Source: an uncultured bacterium (lineage in GTDB: Bacteria; Verrucomicrobiota; Kiritimatiellia; PWTM01). From it: DNA of 64,000 nt. Positions 19,691 to 28,815 of this stretch are shown piece after piece. Each line of letters opens with the position of its first letter. Position 1 is the first letter of the stretch. The notes under the pieces are model-generated. The model worked only from the letters and a program-made list of their open reading frames with translations, ran no database searches and was not told where the DNA came from. Location of the stretch: assembly GCA_963744655.1 (NCBI GenBank), contig CAVUUJ010000002.1, positions 2,028,005 through 2,092,004 on the forward strand, in the 5' to 3' direction. The translations under genes and the position numbers were made by a program.

Positions 19691-19712
19691 CCGTTCGAGA
19701 GGGCGGACGGGG

Positions 19713-22700
19713 TTACGGAAGAATGCCCACGCGGAAGGCGGCAGGGGTGTTCGTGGCGCCGTGGGGGCCGGTCCACTCGTGCAGCCCGGAAAGCTGGCGC
19801 GCGATGCCCGCCGCCACCGGGTCCCACACGCCGTCCACGAGGTTCGTGCTCCGGTACACGGTGTAGGTGCCGTTGCTGAAGGCCTCGGGCGCGCCGAACC
19901 AGCGGAGGTGCGCGGCGTCCCCGTCCCGCGCGGCTTCCAGCAGGACCACGCGCAGGTCGCTGTCGTAACCGACCACGACGGCCGCCTCCGCCGATTGGCC
20001 CTGGTAGGAGGCCTCCAGGACGGCCACCCCGCGGGAGAGCCCCTCGACCCCCGGCCCGCTGACGGCCGCCACGTGCGCCGGGTCGGTTGTCCGTTGGCAC
20101 AGGAACGTCACCGGCTGGACCGAGTCGTCGTCGAACCGCGCGCGCACCTCGAAGCCCTGGTAGCCCCCTATGGGGAGGCGGGCGGACGACGGGGCGAGCT
20201 GAAGCCCCTCGAGTTGCGCGGTGGCCGCGACGGTGAGCGCGGCCGTGCCGTGCAGGGCGCCGTAGTAGCCGTGCACCGTGGCGACGCCGTTGTTCCCGGC
20301 GATCGCCGTCTCCCCGGTCATGGCCGCCACCGTGGCGGGCTCTGCGGAGAAGGCCGTTTCGGGGGTGACGTCACGCGTCTGCCCGTTGTCCAGCCGGGCC
20401 GCCGCCGTGTAGGTGAGCGCCGCTCCTCGCCGGTCGATGGCGGCCGCCGGGGGGGTAAGGCGGAGCGACTCCGGCTGGGGGTCGACCTGCGCGACGTAGC
20501 ATTCGATGGACGGCCGCGCGCCCTGGAAGGGGCCGTACTGCGGCTTGACCAGGGCGCGTCCGGGCGAAACGGCGACCAGTTCGTTGCCCTCGGCGCGGAC
20601 GACCACGGTGCCGTCATCGGGGTTGTCCACTTCCAGGTCGGACTGCGCGGTCACGTCGGTCGCCGTCCCGTCGGCCGCGTAGGCCGTCACGGTCAGCGCC
20701 TGCCGGGTGCCGGACCCCGCCAGCATCAGGGGGCCGGCGGGCGACACGACCAGGTTCGTGATGACGGCGGGCAGGTCCGTGGTGACGCCGCCGAGGAAGA
20801 CCAGGTTGGCGTAGTTGCTTAGCAGATCCGTCACGCCGTCGCCGTCGAAGTCCGCGCCGCGCTCCACCCGGGTGAACCAGGAGTAGGCCCGGTTCCAGGG
20901 CCGTGCCACGAACGTGTCCACGCCGTCGAACGCGCTCGGCCAGCCGCTGTCGACGACGATCGTGACCCCGCTCGCGGAGGCCCCCGCGGCGTCGGGGATG
21001 ACCGAGTGCGCCCCGAACAGGTCGAGCACGGCGTCGCCGTCCAGGTTTCCCCAGCCGAGGAGGTCGTGCCCGGGTTGGTTCGAACCGGTGTCGGTGAAGG
21101 TCGTGTTCGGCGCGCCGGCCAGCGTGCCGGCGGTGTTCTTGTGCAGGTAGGCGGCGAAGTTGCTGAACACGGTCAGGTCGTCGTCACCGTCCTGGTCGTA
21201 GTCTTCCCACGAGAGACCGGTGGGGGTCACGTTGGAGGCCTCCTGGTAGGACCACGCGGCCGAGGCGGCCGGTCCCGACGCCGTGCCCGGGTGGACGTGG
21301 GTCTTGATCTTCGTCGATGTGGTGCCCCCGTTGACGTCCTCGCCGACGGCCAGGTCGGCGCGCGCGTCGCCGTCCAGGCGGCCGAACGCGACGGTCCGCG
21401 TGTTGATCGCCGGGGAGAGCCACGCGGCCGGAGCCACGAGCCCGCCCGAGCCGTTGTTGAGGTAGACGGCGGCCTGGTTGTTCGTGTCCACGCCGGCCAC
21501 GGCGAGGTCGAGGTCGTTGTCTCCGTCGCAGTCGCCCCAGGCGAAGGCGTACAGGTTGCCCGCGTCGGGAAGGGCGTTCGTCATGTGGGGAAGGAGGGCG
21601 AGCGCCCCGGCGGTCGACCGGAAGCCCAGCAGTGCGCGGCCGCCGTTCGCCGTGCCGAGCACCACCAGGTCGTCGTCGCCGTCCTGGTCGAGGTCGCCCG
21701 CCGTTACGGGGGTGCCCGGCTCGGGGTCGGTGTCGGTCCAGGCGTGCGACCAGGCCTGCACGAAGGTCGTCGCGCCGGTACTCCACAGCCAGGTGGCCCA
21801 GGAGTAGCGGATCGTCTCCGAGTCGTGGTGGCTGCGCCGGACGAAGAGGTCCGGGTGGCCGTCGCCGTCCAGGTCGCCCGTGAGCGCGGCGTTGCCGCAC
21901 ACCGAGGCGTCGGGGCGATTGTCGCCGAGTCCGGCGGTCGCGCCGATGCCGCCGACGGGGTTGCACTTGGCCGGCTCGCTCTCGTTGCCCGCCTCGTCGA
22001 CCGCCGTCACGAGGTACTCGTCGAACCCGTGCGCCGCGGCGTAGTTGACGAACTGCGTGGCGGTCCCGGCTACCTCGCCGAGGTAGAACATGCTCAACGC
22101 GGAGAACCCGCGGTAGACGCGGTAGGCGGCCACGTCCGCATCCGGGCTGGGCTGCCAGCTGACCGTGACGTCGGCCCGGGAGGGGGTCGCCGAGCGCCCG
22201 ACCACGTAGCGGGGCGACCGCGGGGGCACGGCGTCGCGGAGCAGGGGGCTGAGCAGGTAGACGCCGACGTTGGCCGCGAGGTCGCGGGTGCCGTCTCCGT
22301 CGACATCCACGAGTTCCGCGTGCGGGCCCGTGTCGGACTCGGTGCCGGGCGCGTCGGTCGACACCCAGTCCGGCGTGTCGCCGAAGGTGCCTGCGTCGTT
22401 GCGGAAGAGCACGAAGCCGAGCGGGTCGACGCCGGCGTGGTAGAGCGACAGCATGAGATCCGGGTCGCCGTCGCCGTCGAAGTCCTCCAGCACGGCGGTG
22501 CGCGGTGTTGCCTGCGCGGCCGTGCCCCAGTCGGGGGTCCAGGCCTGGGCGAACGCGTAGGCGTTGGAGGTGCCCGCGAGGAGTACGGGCGCCGAGCCGG
22601 CCGCGGCGGCGAGGTCGGGCCGCCCGTCGCCGTCTACATCTCCGGCGGCCAGCGGCGCCGACCACCCGTTCAGCACGTTGGTGGCGACGAGCACGCCGTT

Positions 22701-24401
22701 GGCTTCGTCGTGGTCGAGGACGGACAGCACGTACTCCGAGGAGCCGTCGTCGTGGCGGTAGTAGGTGGAGACGACCGCCTCCTCCGCGCCGTCCCCGTCC
22801 AGGTCGGTCCAGGCCATCAGGGCGCCCGGCGTGGCCGGCGAGGACGGCACGCGGGCGTAGGCCCCGTCGCCGGCGGGGGGCAGGGTGTAGACCGGGCCCG
22901 GCGACGTGGCGAGGGCCGTGCCGGTATTGGAGTAGATCATCACGGCCACCTGGGCCGTGTCGCCCCTCAGCACGGCGAGGTCCCGGTCGCCGTCGCCGTC
23001 GAAGTCCGGCCAGGCGAGGTCCGACGCGACGAGGCCGCCGGCGCTCGTCCAGTCCGGCGCGGCGCCCCACGCGCCGGCGGTGTTGTAGAAGACCTCGAGC
23101 GGGCGGCTGCTCGAGAAGCCGATGGCCAGTTCGTCGCGTCCGTCGCCGTTCATGTCGCCCGCCCGCACCCGGCCGGGCGAGGCCGGGGGGACGTAGGACC
23201 AGGAGGGATGCTGCGCGAAATCGCCCGCCGCGTTCGGGTAGAGCGCCAGGCCCCTCGCGGTGGTGCCGTTGCCCGCGTGCGTCAGGACGTAACCGCGAAG
23301 CAGGGGGTCGCGCTTGCCGTCGCCGTCGGGATCGACCCACGTCGCCTGCCGGCTGGTTTCAATGGTGTCCGGGGTCACTTCCGTCAGGCAGGTCCAGCCC
23401 GCGCCGTCCCACCGCCAGTCGCGGGTCGAGAGGGAATCGTAGTCGAGGTAGTAGGCCGTGCCCGACGGGGTGTAGGCCAGGCTCAGGCCGGGCGTGGCGG
23501 GGCCGCCGCCGTAGCTGGCGCTGGACCAGGCGCCCTCGTGGTACGTCCAGAGGTTGAAGGATCCGCCGCCGATCCCGCCGAAGAGGCGAAGCCGTTGGGC
23601 CGCGGCGTCGTAGGCCAGCGGGCCGCCGTCGGTGGGCATGCTCGCCGGCGTGGCGTCGGTCCAGACCGATCCGTCCCACGCCCACATGTCCGCGACGTTC
23701 AGCCAGGAGAGCATCCCGAAGAAGTTGGTCCCGTAGACCTGGCCCCGGTAGAGGTAGGTCTTCCCCTCGTCGGCGTGGTAGGCCATGAGGTGGCTCCTGC
23801 GCGCGTCGGGCTTCGTGCCGGGCGCGCGAGCGGACCAGTCCGTGCCGTCCCACTCCCACGTGTCGTTCATCGCGTTGGTGCCGCCGTCGTAGCCGCCGAA
23901 GAGCACGACGACCTGTCGGCCGGCGTCATAGGCCATGGCGTGGCCGGTGCGCGCGGGCGGGGTGTGGGCCGGGTTCTCGAGCGTCCACGACGTGCCGTCG
24001 AAGGTCCAGGTGGCGTCGGACGCGGGGTCGCCGCCGAAGAGCACCGTCTCGGCGCGGGCCTCGTCGAAGACCATCGCGAACCCCGCCGCGACGCCGGGTT
24101 CGGGCTGGGTGACGACCGCGAACCAGTTGGTGCCGTCGAACTCGGCCGTGAGCGGCAGGCCCTGCGGACGGCCCTCGCCGGCGAAGCTCACCAGGCGTTC
24201 CCGCGCGGTGTCCCACGCGATGCCGCGGGTCCCGGTCCGGCCTTGGTAGGGCGGGTAGAGCAGGTCGATGCGCCCGTCCCCGGTGACGGGCGGCGTATCC
24301 GCGGTGTCGCCGCGCGCCGCGGCGCAGGCGGCCAGGATCGCGCAGGCCAGCAGCAGGGAGGCAGGTGGGCAGGAAGAGGCGGCACGTCGCCGGGTCGTCA
24401 T
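19713..24401 (-). CDS. giant (1562 aa) cell-surface lipoprotein with N-terminal Kelch-type beta-propeller repeats, many FG-GAP/VCBS-like 'DxDGDGxxDL' repeats and C-terminal bacterial Ig-like (Big_2-like) domains
   Basis: Signal peptide plus lipobox 'LLLACAILAAC'. Kelch-like 'WTFDGTSWT...LFGGYDGG...WEWDGTDW'. Over 12 copies of 'DFDGDGDRDLAV' / 'DLDGDGHPDLFV'. Big_2-like 'LTVTAYAADGTATDVTAQSDLEV'. Confidence 0.7.
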   Translation of the reverse strand: MTTRRRAASSCPPASLLLACAILAACAAARGDTADTPPVTGDGRIDLLYPPYQGRTGTRGIAWDTARERLVSFAGEGRPQGLPLTAEFDGTNWFAVVTQPEPGVAAGFAMVFDEARAETVLFGGDPASDATWTFDGTSWTLENPAHTPPARTGHAMAYDAGRQVVVLFGGYDGGTNAMNDTWEWDGTDWSARAPGTKPDARRSHLMAYHADEGKTYLYRGQVYGTNFFGMLSWLNVADMWAWDGSVWTDATPASMPTDGGPLAYDAAAQRLRLFGGIGGGSFNLWTYHEGAWSSASYGGGPATPGLSLAYTPSGTAYYLDYDSLSTRDWRWDGAGWTCLTEVTPDTIETSRQATWVDPDGDGKRDPLLRGYVLTHAGNGTTARGLALYPNAAGDFAQHPSWSYVPPASPGRVRAGDMNGDGRDELAIGFSSSRPLEVFYNTAGAWGAAPDWTSAGGLVASDLAWPDFDGDGDRDLAVLRGDTAQVAVMIYSNTGTALATSPGPVYTLPPAGDGAYARVPSSPATPGALMAWTDLDGDGAEEAVVSTYYRHDDGSSEYVLSVLDHDEANGVLVATNVLNGWSAPLAAGDVDGDGRPDLAAAAGSAPVLLAGTSNAYAFAQAWTPDWGTAAQATPRTAVLEDFDGDGDPDLMLSLYHAGVDPLGFVLFRNDAGTFGDTPDWVSTDAPGTESDTGPHAELVDVDGDGTRDLAANVGVYLLSPLLRDAVPPRSPRYVVGRSATPSRADVTVSWQPSPDADVAAYRVYRGFSALSMFYLGEVAGTATQFVNYAAAHGFDEYLVTAVDEAGNESEPAKCNPVGGIGATAGLGDNRPDASVCGNAALTGDLDGDGHPDLFVRRSHHDSETIRYSWATWLWSTGATTFVQAWSHAWTDTDPEPGTPVTAGDLDQDGDDDLVVLGTANGGRALLGFRSTAGALALLPHMTNALPDAGNLYAFAWGDCDGDNDLDLAVAGVDTNNQAAVYLNNGSGGLVAPAAWLSPAINTRTVAFGRLDGDARADLAVGEDVNGGTTSTKIKTHVHPGTASGPAASAAWSYQEASNVTPTGLSWEDYDQDGDDDLTVFSNFAAYLHKNTAGTLAGAPNTTFTDTGSNQPGHDLLGWGNLDGDAVLDLFGAHSVIPDAAGASASGVTIVVDSGWPSAFDGVDTFVARPWNRAYSWFTRVERGADFDGDGVTDLLSNYANLVFLGGVTTDLPAVITNLVVSPAGPLMLAGSGTRQALTVTAYAADGTATDVTAQSDLEVDNPDDGTVVVRAEGNELVAVSPGRALVKPQYGPFQGARPSIECYVAQVDPQPESLRLTPPAAAIDRRGAALTYTAAARLDNGQTRDVTPETAFSAEPATVAAMTGETAIAGNNGVATVHGYYGALHGTAALTVAATAQLEGLQLAPSSARLPIGGYQGFEVRARFDDDSVQPVTFLCQRTTDPAHVAAVSGPGVEGLSRGVAVLEASYQGQSAEAAVVVGYDSDLRVVLLEAARDGDAAHLRWFGAPEAFSNGTYTVYRSTNLVDGVWDPVAAGIARQLSGLHEWTGPHGATNTPAAFRVGILP

Positions 24402-24402
24402 G

Positions 24403-25896
24403 TCAGGGCCTTTCCGGTCGGGGGTTGTGTTCGATGGGCTGAAGAGATCGGACCACCACGTTGTCGAAGAGCAGTTCGCCTGCCGCGGCGGCCAGCAGGA
24501 TCCGGGCGTCCGCGGCCCGGAAGACCGCCTGCGCGACGGGTTCGAGGGCGCGGAACGCCCTGGCCTCGACGGTGTCCGGCTCGGCGCCGGGCACGCACTC
24601 CACGCGGAAGCCCGTCCACAGGCTCGCCGAAGATACCGCCAGGGGCGCGGGGGGGGGCGTGGCGTCCACCGCCGTGCCGTCGGCGGACCGGAAGGCCAGC
24701 GCGAACGGGTCGATGCGGGCCTCCTCCGTCATCGCGCGGCATTCGAAGCTCAGGCAGAAAGGCGGGCGGAACGCCTGCGCGCTGAGCAGGGCGGCGGGGC
24801 CGGAGGCGCCGGGGTCGGTCCGCACGACCGCCGCCGCGTTGCGGGACGCGCCGCGAGCCACCTCGGCGGTCATGACCCGCAGGTCGTTCGCCGCCAGCGG
24901 CGCCGGTGGCGCGCCGGGCCGCAGCGCCACCCGGGCCCACGCATCGAGGCCCCCGGCGAAGCGTTCCTGGAACAGGGCCTTGTCGTCGCGGTAGCCGGGA
25001 AAGCCGCGGGCCCGCGCGTGGACGACGTCCGCCGCATCCCCCCCTGCCGCCGGCGAGGCCGCGACCAGACGCCACACGAACACCCGCGCGGTCCGCGTCC
25101 CGGCGGGCGGCGCCCCGCACCGCACCGAGGAGCCCGCCCGCACGAGCCGGCGCGTGTCCCGGTCCACGTCGAGCACCTGGACCGCGCCCTCGTCGACGCG
25201 GACCTCGGCGTCCGCCGCGCCCGCGACGAGGGCGAACCGCGTGCCGACCACGCGGAGCACGGCCTTCGGGGTGTGGACCGTCATCTCGCGGCCGGCCGGC
25301 TGCGGCACGACGTCCGCGTAAATCTCCCCCCGCCACACCTCGATCACCTTGCGCGGCAGGCGGGACACGACGGTGAAGGACGTGCCGCCCGCGAGGAAGA
25401 TGCGCGTGCCGTCCGCGAAAGCGACCGTGGCCAGGCCGTCCGCGCCGGTTTCCACGCGGTCGCCGGCCATCAGCGCGTCGCCGGGCTCCAGCGGCCGGGG
25501 CAGGCTACCCGGCGCACTGCCGTGCACGGTGCCTTCGACCCGGGTGATGCGGGCCGCCATCCCCTGCCCGAGGGACGGCAGCGGGAGGAACCGGGCGCCG
25601 AGGAACAGGCCCGCGAGCAGGGCCGCGGCCAGGCCCAGGGGTACGGGCACATGCGGCGGCTGCCGCCGGCGCTTCCGCCGGGGCGCCCGGACGGGCGGCG
25701 CGGCGGCCGCGGGGCGGGGCGCCACGGCGGGCAGCCGCGCGAGTTCCGTGTCCAGGCCGGCCTCCAGCACGAGCCGCCGCCGGACCTCCGTGCTGTCGCG
25801 CACGAGGGTGTCGAGCTGCGCCACCGACTCGGCATCGAGTCGCCCCTGCAGGTAGCCCTCCACCAGCCGGTCGACCGCTGTTTCCGTGCGGCTCAT
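24403..25896 (-). CDS. FecR-family anti-sigma factor (transmembrane) with extended C-terminal domain
   Basis: Start at 25896 after GGAGG overlaps the sigma-factor stop as ATGA. Has an anti-sigma N-domain, one TM ('LGLAAALLAGLFLG') and a FecR domain: 'ARITRVEGTV...GDRVETGADGLATVAFADGTRIFLAGGTSFTV'. Confidence 0.7.
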   Translation of the reverse strand: MSRTETAVDRLVEGYLQGRLDAESVAQLDTLVRDSTEVRRRLVLEAGLDTELARLPAVAPRPAAAAPPVRAPRRKRRRQPPHVPVPLGLAAALLAGLFLGARFLPLPSLGQGMAARITRVEGTVHGSAPGSLPRPLEPGDALMAGDRVETGADGLATVAFADGTRIFLAGGTSFTVVSRLPRKVIEVWRGEIYADVVPQPAGREMTVHTPKAVLRVVGTRFALVAGAADAEVRVDEGAVQVLDVDRDTRRLVRAGSSVRCGAPPAGTRTARVFVWRLVAASPAAGGDAADVVHARARGFPGYRDDKALFQERFAGGLDAWARVALRPGAPPAPLAANDLRVMTAEVARGASRNAAAVVRTDPGASGPAALLSAQAFRPPFCLSFECRAMTEEARIDPFALAFRSADGTAVDATPPPAPLAVSSASLWTGFRVECVPGAEPDTVEARAFRALEPVAQAVFRAADARILLAAAAGELLFDNVVVRSLQPIEHNPRPERP

Positions 25897-26405
25897 CCGG
25901 CCTCCGCCACCTTGCGTTCCACGCAGTCGCGCAGCTGGCGGCGCGCCCGCGTGACCAGCATCTCCACCGCGCCCGTCCTGCCGCCCAGCAACGCGGCGAT
26001 CTCCCTGGCCTTCTTCCCCTCGTAGTACTTCAGGTGCAGCACCCGTGCCGCCCGGTCCCCCAGCTCCCGCAGGCAGTCCAGCAGGAAGATGCGCCGGGCG
26101 TCGACCTCCCCGGCCACCTCCTCCGCCGTGTCGGCCAGCCGCGCCACGGCCTCCTCCGAGAGGATGAGCCTGGAGCGCGCCATGCGCTGGCGCCACTTGA
26201 GCGCCTCCATTCGGGCCATGCCCATGGCCCAGGCCCGGAACGAGCGGCGCTCGTCGTACTGGTCCAGCTTCCGCCAGAGCGCCCGCCAGACGTTCTGCGC
26301 CAGGTCCTCCGCCTCGTGCAGGTCGCCCGTCGAAGCGAGCAGGTAGGCCCGCAGCGGCCGCTCCGCCTCGGCATAGAAGGACAGGAAGTTCTCTCGATCG
26401 ATCAT
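25893..26405 (-). CDS. ECF (RpoE-like) RNA polymerase sigma factor
   Basis: Sigma-70 region 2 'DLAQNVWRALWRKL' and region 4 'LRELGDRAARVLHLKYYEGKKAREIAALLG'. Length 170 aa. Confidence 0.8.
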   Translation of the reverse strand: MIDRENFLSFYAEAERPLRAYLLASTGDLHEAEDLAQNVWRALWRKLDQYDERRSFRAWAMGMARMEALKWRQRMARSRLILSEEAVARLADTAEEVAGEVDARRIFLLDCLRELGDRAARVLHLKYYEGKKAREIAALLGGRTGAVEMLVTRARRQLRDCVERKVAEAG

Positions 26406-26576
26406 CGTGCTTCTACCCTATTCCGCCGAGGGGCCCCGAAGCCAACGGATATCGACGGTGCGAAGGCCCCGTGCGGCCGGCCGGCAGCCTGTCGGACTCG
26501 GCCCGCTGCCCGATGCCCGGCCGAAGGCCGACCGCCTGCCAGCCTCGATTGTTCGCGAGGTCGTGAATAGGGCGGG

Positions 26577-27269
26577 CTAGGGGCCGGCGGGCGGCGTTTC
26601 CCCGGAGGCGGCGGCGTTCACCGCGGCCAGGAGCCGCTCGGCGCGCCGGGCGGCCTCCTGTTCCGCCAGGGCGCCGCGCCGCGCGGCCGCCGCGGCGGCC
26701 GCCGCCGCGCGCGCGGCCTCCCCCGGACCGTCCGCCCGGAGGAGGGCCGCCTGCGCGTCCTCGAGGCAGCGCAGGGCGGCCCCGGCATGGTTGCTGGCCT
26801 CGGCCTCCAGGTGCCGCCTGACCTGCGCGACGGGCGCGAACATCGCCGGGTCGGCGCGGTAGACCGCGCCCGCGACGCGGACCGCGAAGGGCCCGCCGTC
26901 CTCCGCCGCGGGCTCGACGAGGGTGAGGGCCGGCAGGGCGACCGCCCCGCCGTTTGCGTCCGTCAGCGCGGCCTCGCCGAGCGCGATCCACGGGCCGCCG
27001 GCGGGTACGGGTTTCACCTGCGCCAGGTCCAGCCGGAGGGCCTCGACCTCGCGTTCCAGCCGCGCCCGTTCGCGCTCCAGCGCCGTCTTCCGGGCCAGGA
27101 GCTCGGCCTGTTCCCCGCGGAGCCGGGCGGCCTGCTCCTCGAGCAGCTTCCGTTGCGCCTCGAACATCGCGTCGATCCGCCCGGTCTCGGGCGGGCCCTG
27201 CGCCCCCGCCCGCGCCGCCGCGGCGACCGCCAGGCCGGCGAGAAGAACCGTTCGCGCTGTCCGGTGCAT
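26577..27269 (-). CDS. secreted coiled-coil protein, hypothetical
   Basis: Signal peptide 'LLAGLAVAAAARAGAQ' followed by a long heptad-rich segment ('LLEEQAARLRGEQAELLARKTALERERARLEREVEALRL'). Sits upstream of, and co-oriented with, the ECF sigma gene. Confidence 0.4.
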   Translation of the reverse strand: MHRTARTVLLAGLAVAAAARAGAQGPPETGRIDAMFEAQRKLLEEQAARLRGEQAELLARKTALERERARLEREVEALRLDLAQVKPVPAGGPWIALGEAALTDANGGAVALPALTLVEPAAEDGGPFAVRVAGAVYRADPAMFAPVAQVRRHLEAEASNHAGAALRCLEDAQAALLRADGPGEAARAAAAAAAAARRGALAEQEAARRAERLLAAVNAAASGETPPAGP

Positions 27270-27381
27270 GGCCCGCTCCCTCCCGTTCCGCCGCGCCGGG
27301 CGGCCGCCGCCCCGCGGCGAACCGCACTATGGCAGGATCGCCCGCGGCCGCAAAGCCCGCGGGGTGGGGGGCGCACGGGGG

Positions 27382-27409
27382 TTGCCAGCGGGGGCGGTAT
27401 GTCTACAAT
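27382..27409 (+). promoter_or_regulatory. sigma-70-like promoter (TTGCCA - 16 nt - TACAAT)
   Basis: -35 at 27382-27387 and -10 at 27404-27409, about 40 nt upstream of the ATG at 27450. Confidence 0.4.
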
Positions 27410-27449
27410 GACGCGCCGACGGGAACCGCGGGACGGCGGAGGGGGACGC

Positions 27450-28088
27450 ATGGCACGCACCTACAAGGTCGAAGGCACGAAGGACTTCCTGATCTGGTCC
27501 GTCGTTCTGCTCGGGCTGGGCCTCTGGAGCCTGCGCGACGGGTGGTTTCCCACGGCGCGCGTCCTCGAGAAGCACGCCCGCGAGATCCCCGCTTCGTTCC
27601 AGGTGGAAGGCATGCTGGCGGACGTGCTCGTCGAGCCCGGCATCGAAGTGCGGCCCCAGCAGCCGCTCGCGCGCCTCGTGCGGCTGCAGCAGCGCCGTGC
27701 GCTCGAGGAGGCGCAGACCGTCTTCTCGGCCGCCACCAACCGGGTGGAAAGCGCGGCACAGGCGGTCGAGGCGGCCGCCTCCGGGCCGGTGCCCGGGCAG
27801 GACACCGCGGCCCTTCGCGAGGCCCTCGCGCGCGAACGCATTTCGGCCGAAGCGGCGCGCGCCGCCCTGGCCGGGGCGCTGTCCGAGTTCGCCGCGCGGG
27901 AACTGGTCGCCCCCACGGGCGGCGTCGTCCGCGCCGTGTCCGCGGCGGAGGGGCAGGAGGTCATCGCCGGGGAGCCGGTGGCCACGATCGATCCGAAGGA
28001 CCACTTCTACCCCTTCAACCGGAGCCTCGCGATCATCAGCCTCATCGGGTCGGCGGTCTGCGCCTACATCCACCGCATCGTGCGGTAG
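27450..28088 (+). CDS. bitopic membrane protein with coiled-coil and HlyD/biotin-lipoyl-like beta motif (truncated membrane-fusion-protein-like)
   Basis: RBS 'ggaggggg' precedes ATG 27450. Has N- and C-terminal TM segments. 'LVAPTGGVVRAVSAAEGQEVIAGEPVATIDP' resembles the MFP lipoyl-like hairpin. A sigma-70-like promoter lies upstream. Confidence 0.45.
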   Translation: MARTYKVEGTKDFLIWSVVLLGLGLWSLRDGWFPTARVLEKHAREIPASFQVEGMLADVLVEPGIEVRPQQPLARLVRLQQRRALEEAQTVFSAATNRVESAAQAVEAAASGPVPGQDTAALREALARERISAEAARAALAGALSEFAARELVAPTGGVVRAVSAAEGQEVIAGEPVATIDPKDHFYPFNRSLAIISLIGSAVCAYIHRIVR

Positions 28089-28142
28089 CAGGCGGCCGGC
28101 CTTCGGCCGGGCATCGGGCGGCAGGCCGTGTCCGACGGCCGG

Positions 28143-28490
28143 CTAGCGCGCGGCGCGCCGGCCCGCCGCGGTCCGTCCGTGGCCATGCCGTTTCGCCCCG
28201 TGGTGCGGCCGCCCGGGGGTGCCGGCGTGCGACGCCCCCTGGCGCTTTCGCGGCCAGAGGTGAATGAACCACCAGCGTTGTGTCGCCCACACCGCGCAGA
28301 GGCCGGCCCCGACGATGCCCGCGGCGAGGGCCAGCCGGCCCCTGGCGTGCAGCGCGGTATCGCCCACCGTGCCGGAGCGCGTGCAGTACTTCGCGAACAG
28401 GACGCCGGCCGCCAGCAGGACCAGGCCGAACAGAAGCGGCCCGCGGTGCGGACGCTGGCGATGAACGAAGACCTTCCCCGAAGCGATCAC
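28143..28490 (-). CDS. small two-TM hypothetical protein (weak call)
   Basis: GTG-initiated ORF containing two hydrophobic helices. The composition is partly the Arg-rich GC-frame artefact type. Confidence 0.2.
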   Translation of the reverse strand: MIASGKVFVHRQRPHRGPLLFGLVLLAAGVLFAKYCTRSGTVGDTALHARGRLALAAGIVGAGLCAVWATQRWWFIHLWPRKRQGASHAGTPGRPHHGAKRHGHGRTAAGRRAAR

Positions 28491-28551
28491 GGGGCCAGTC
28501 TATCCCGCCAGGGTGAGCGGCACCAAGCGCGATTCGAGTCCCGCCGCGCCC

Positions 28552-28578
28552 CGCGCGCCGCGAAAGGACCCGGGGCCG
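28552..28578 (+). repeat. 27-bp perfect direct repeat, copy 1 (cgcgcgccgcgaaaggacccggggccg)
   Basis: Identical to 31313-31339. Lies 238 nt past the rhaA stop. The upstream flank 'gattcgagtcccgccgcg' loosely resembles the flank of copy 2. Confidence 0.6.
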
Positions 28579-28815
28579 TGACGCCGCCGCCGGGATGGAA
28601 CGCCTCGCGACGCAGCGGGAAGGGCCAGGCCGGGCGGGTGCGCACGGCGACGGGGGCCTACAGGTGCTGCCAGCTCCTGTGGCGAACAGCCTTCCCGCGA
28701 TCGAACCCGCCGCCACGAACAGCGGCCCGATCATCACGCCGGTGCGGGCGCCACGCCCCCCGGCGAGCCGGCCCCTCACGATGGGGTGGCCCGCCATCCC
28801 GCTCCGCAAGCACCG

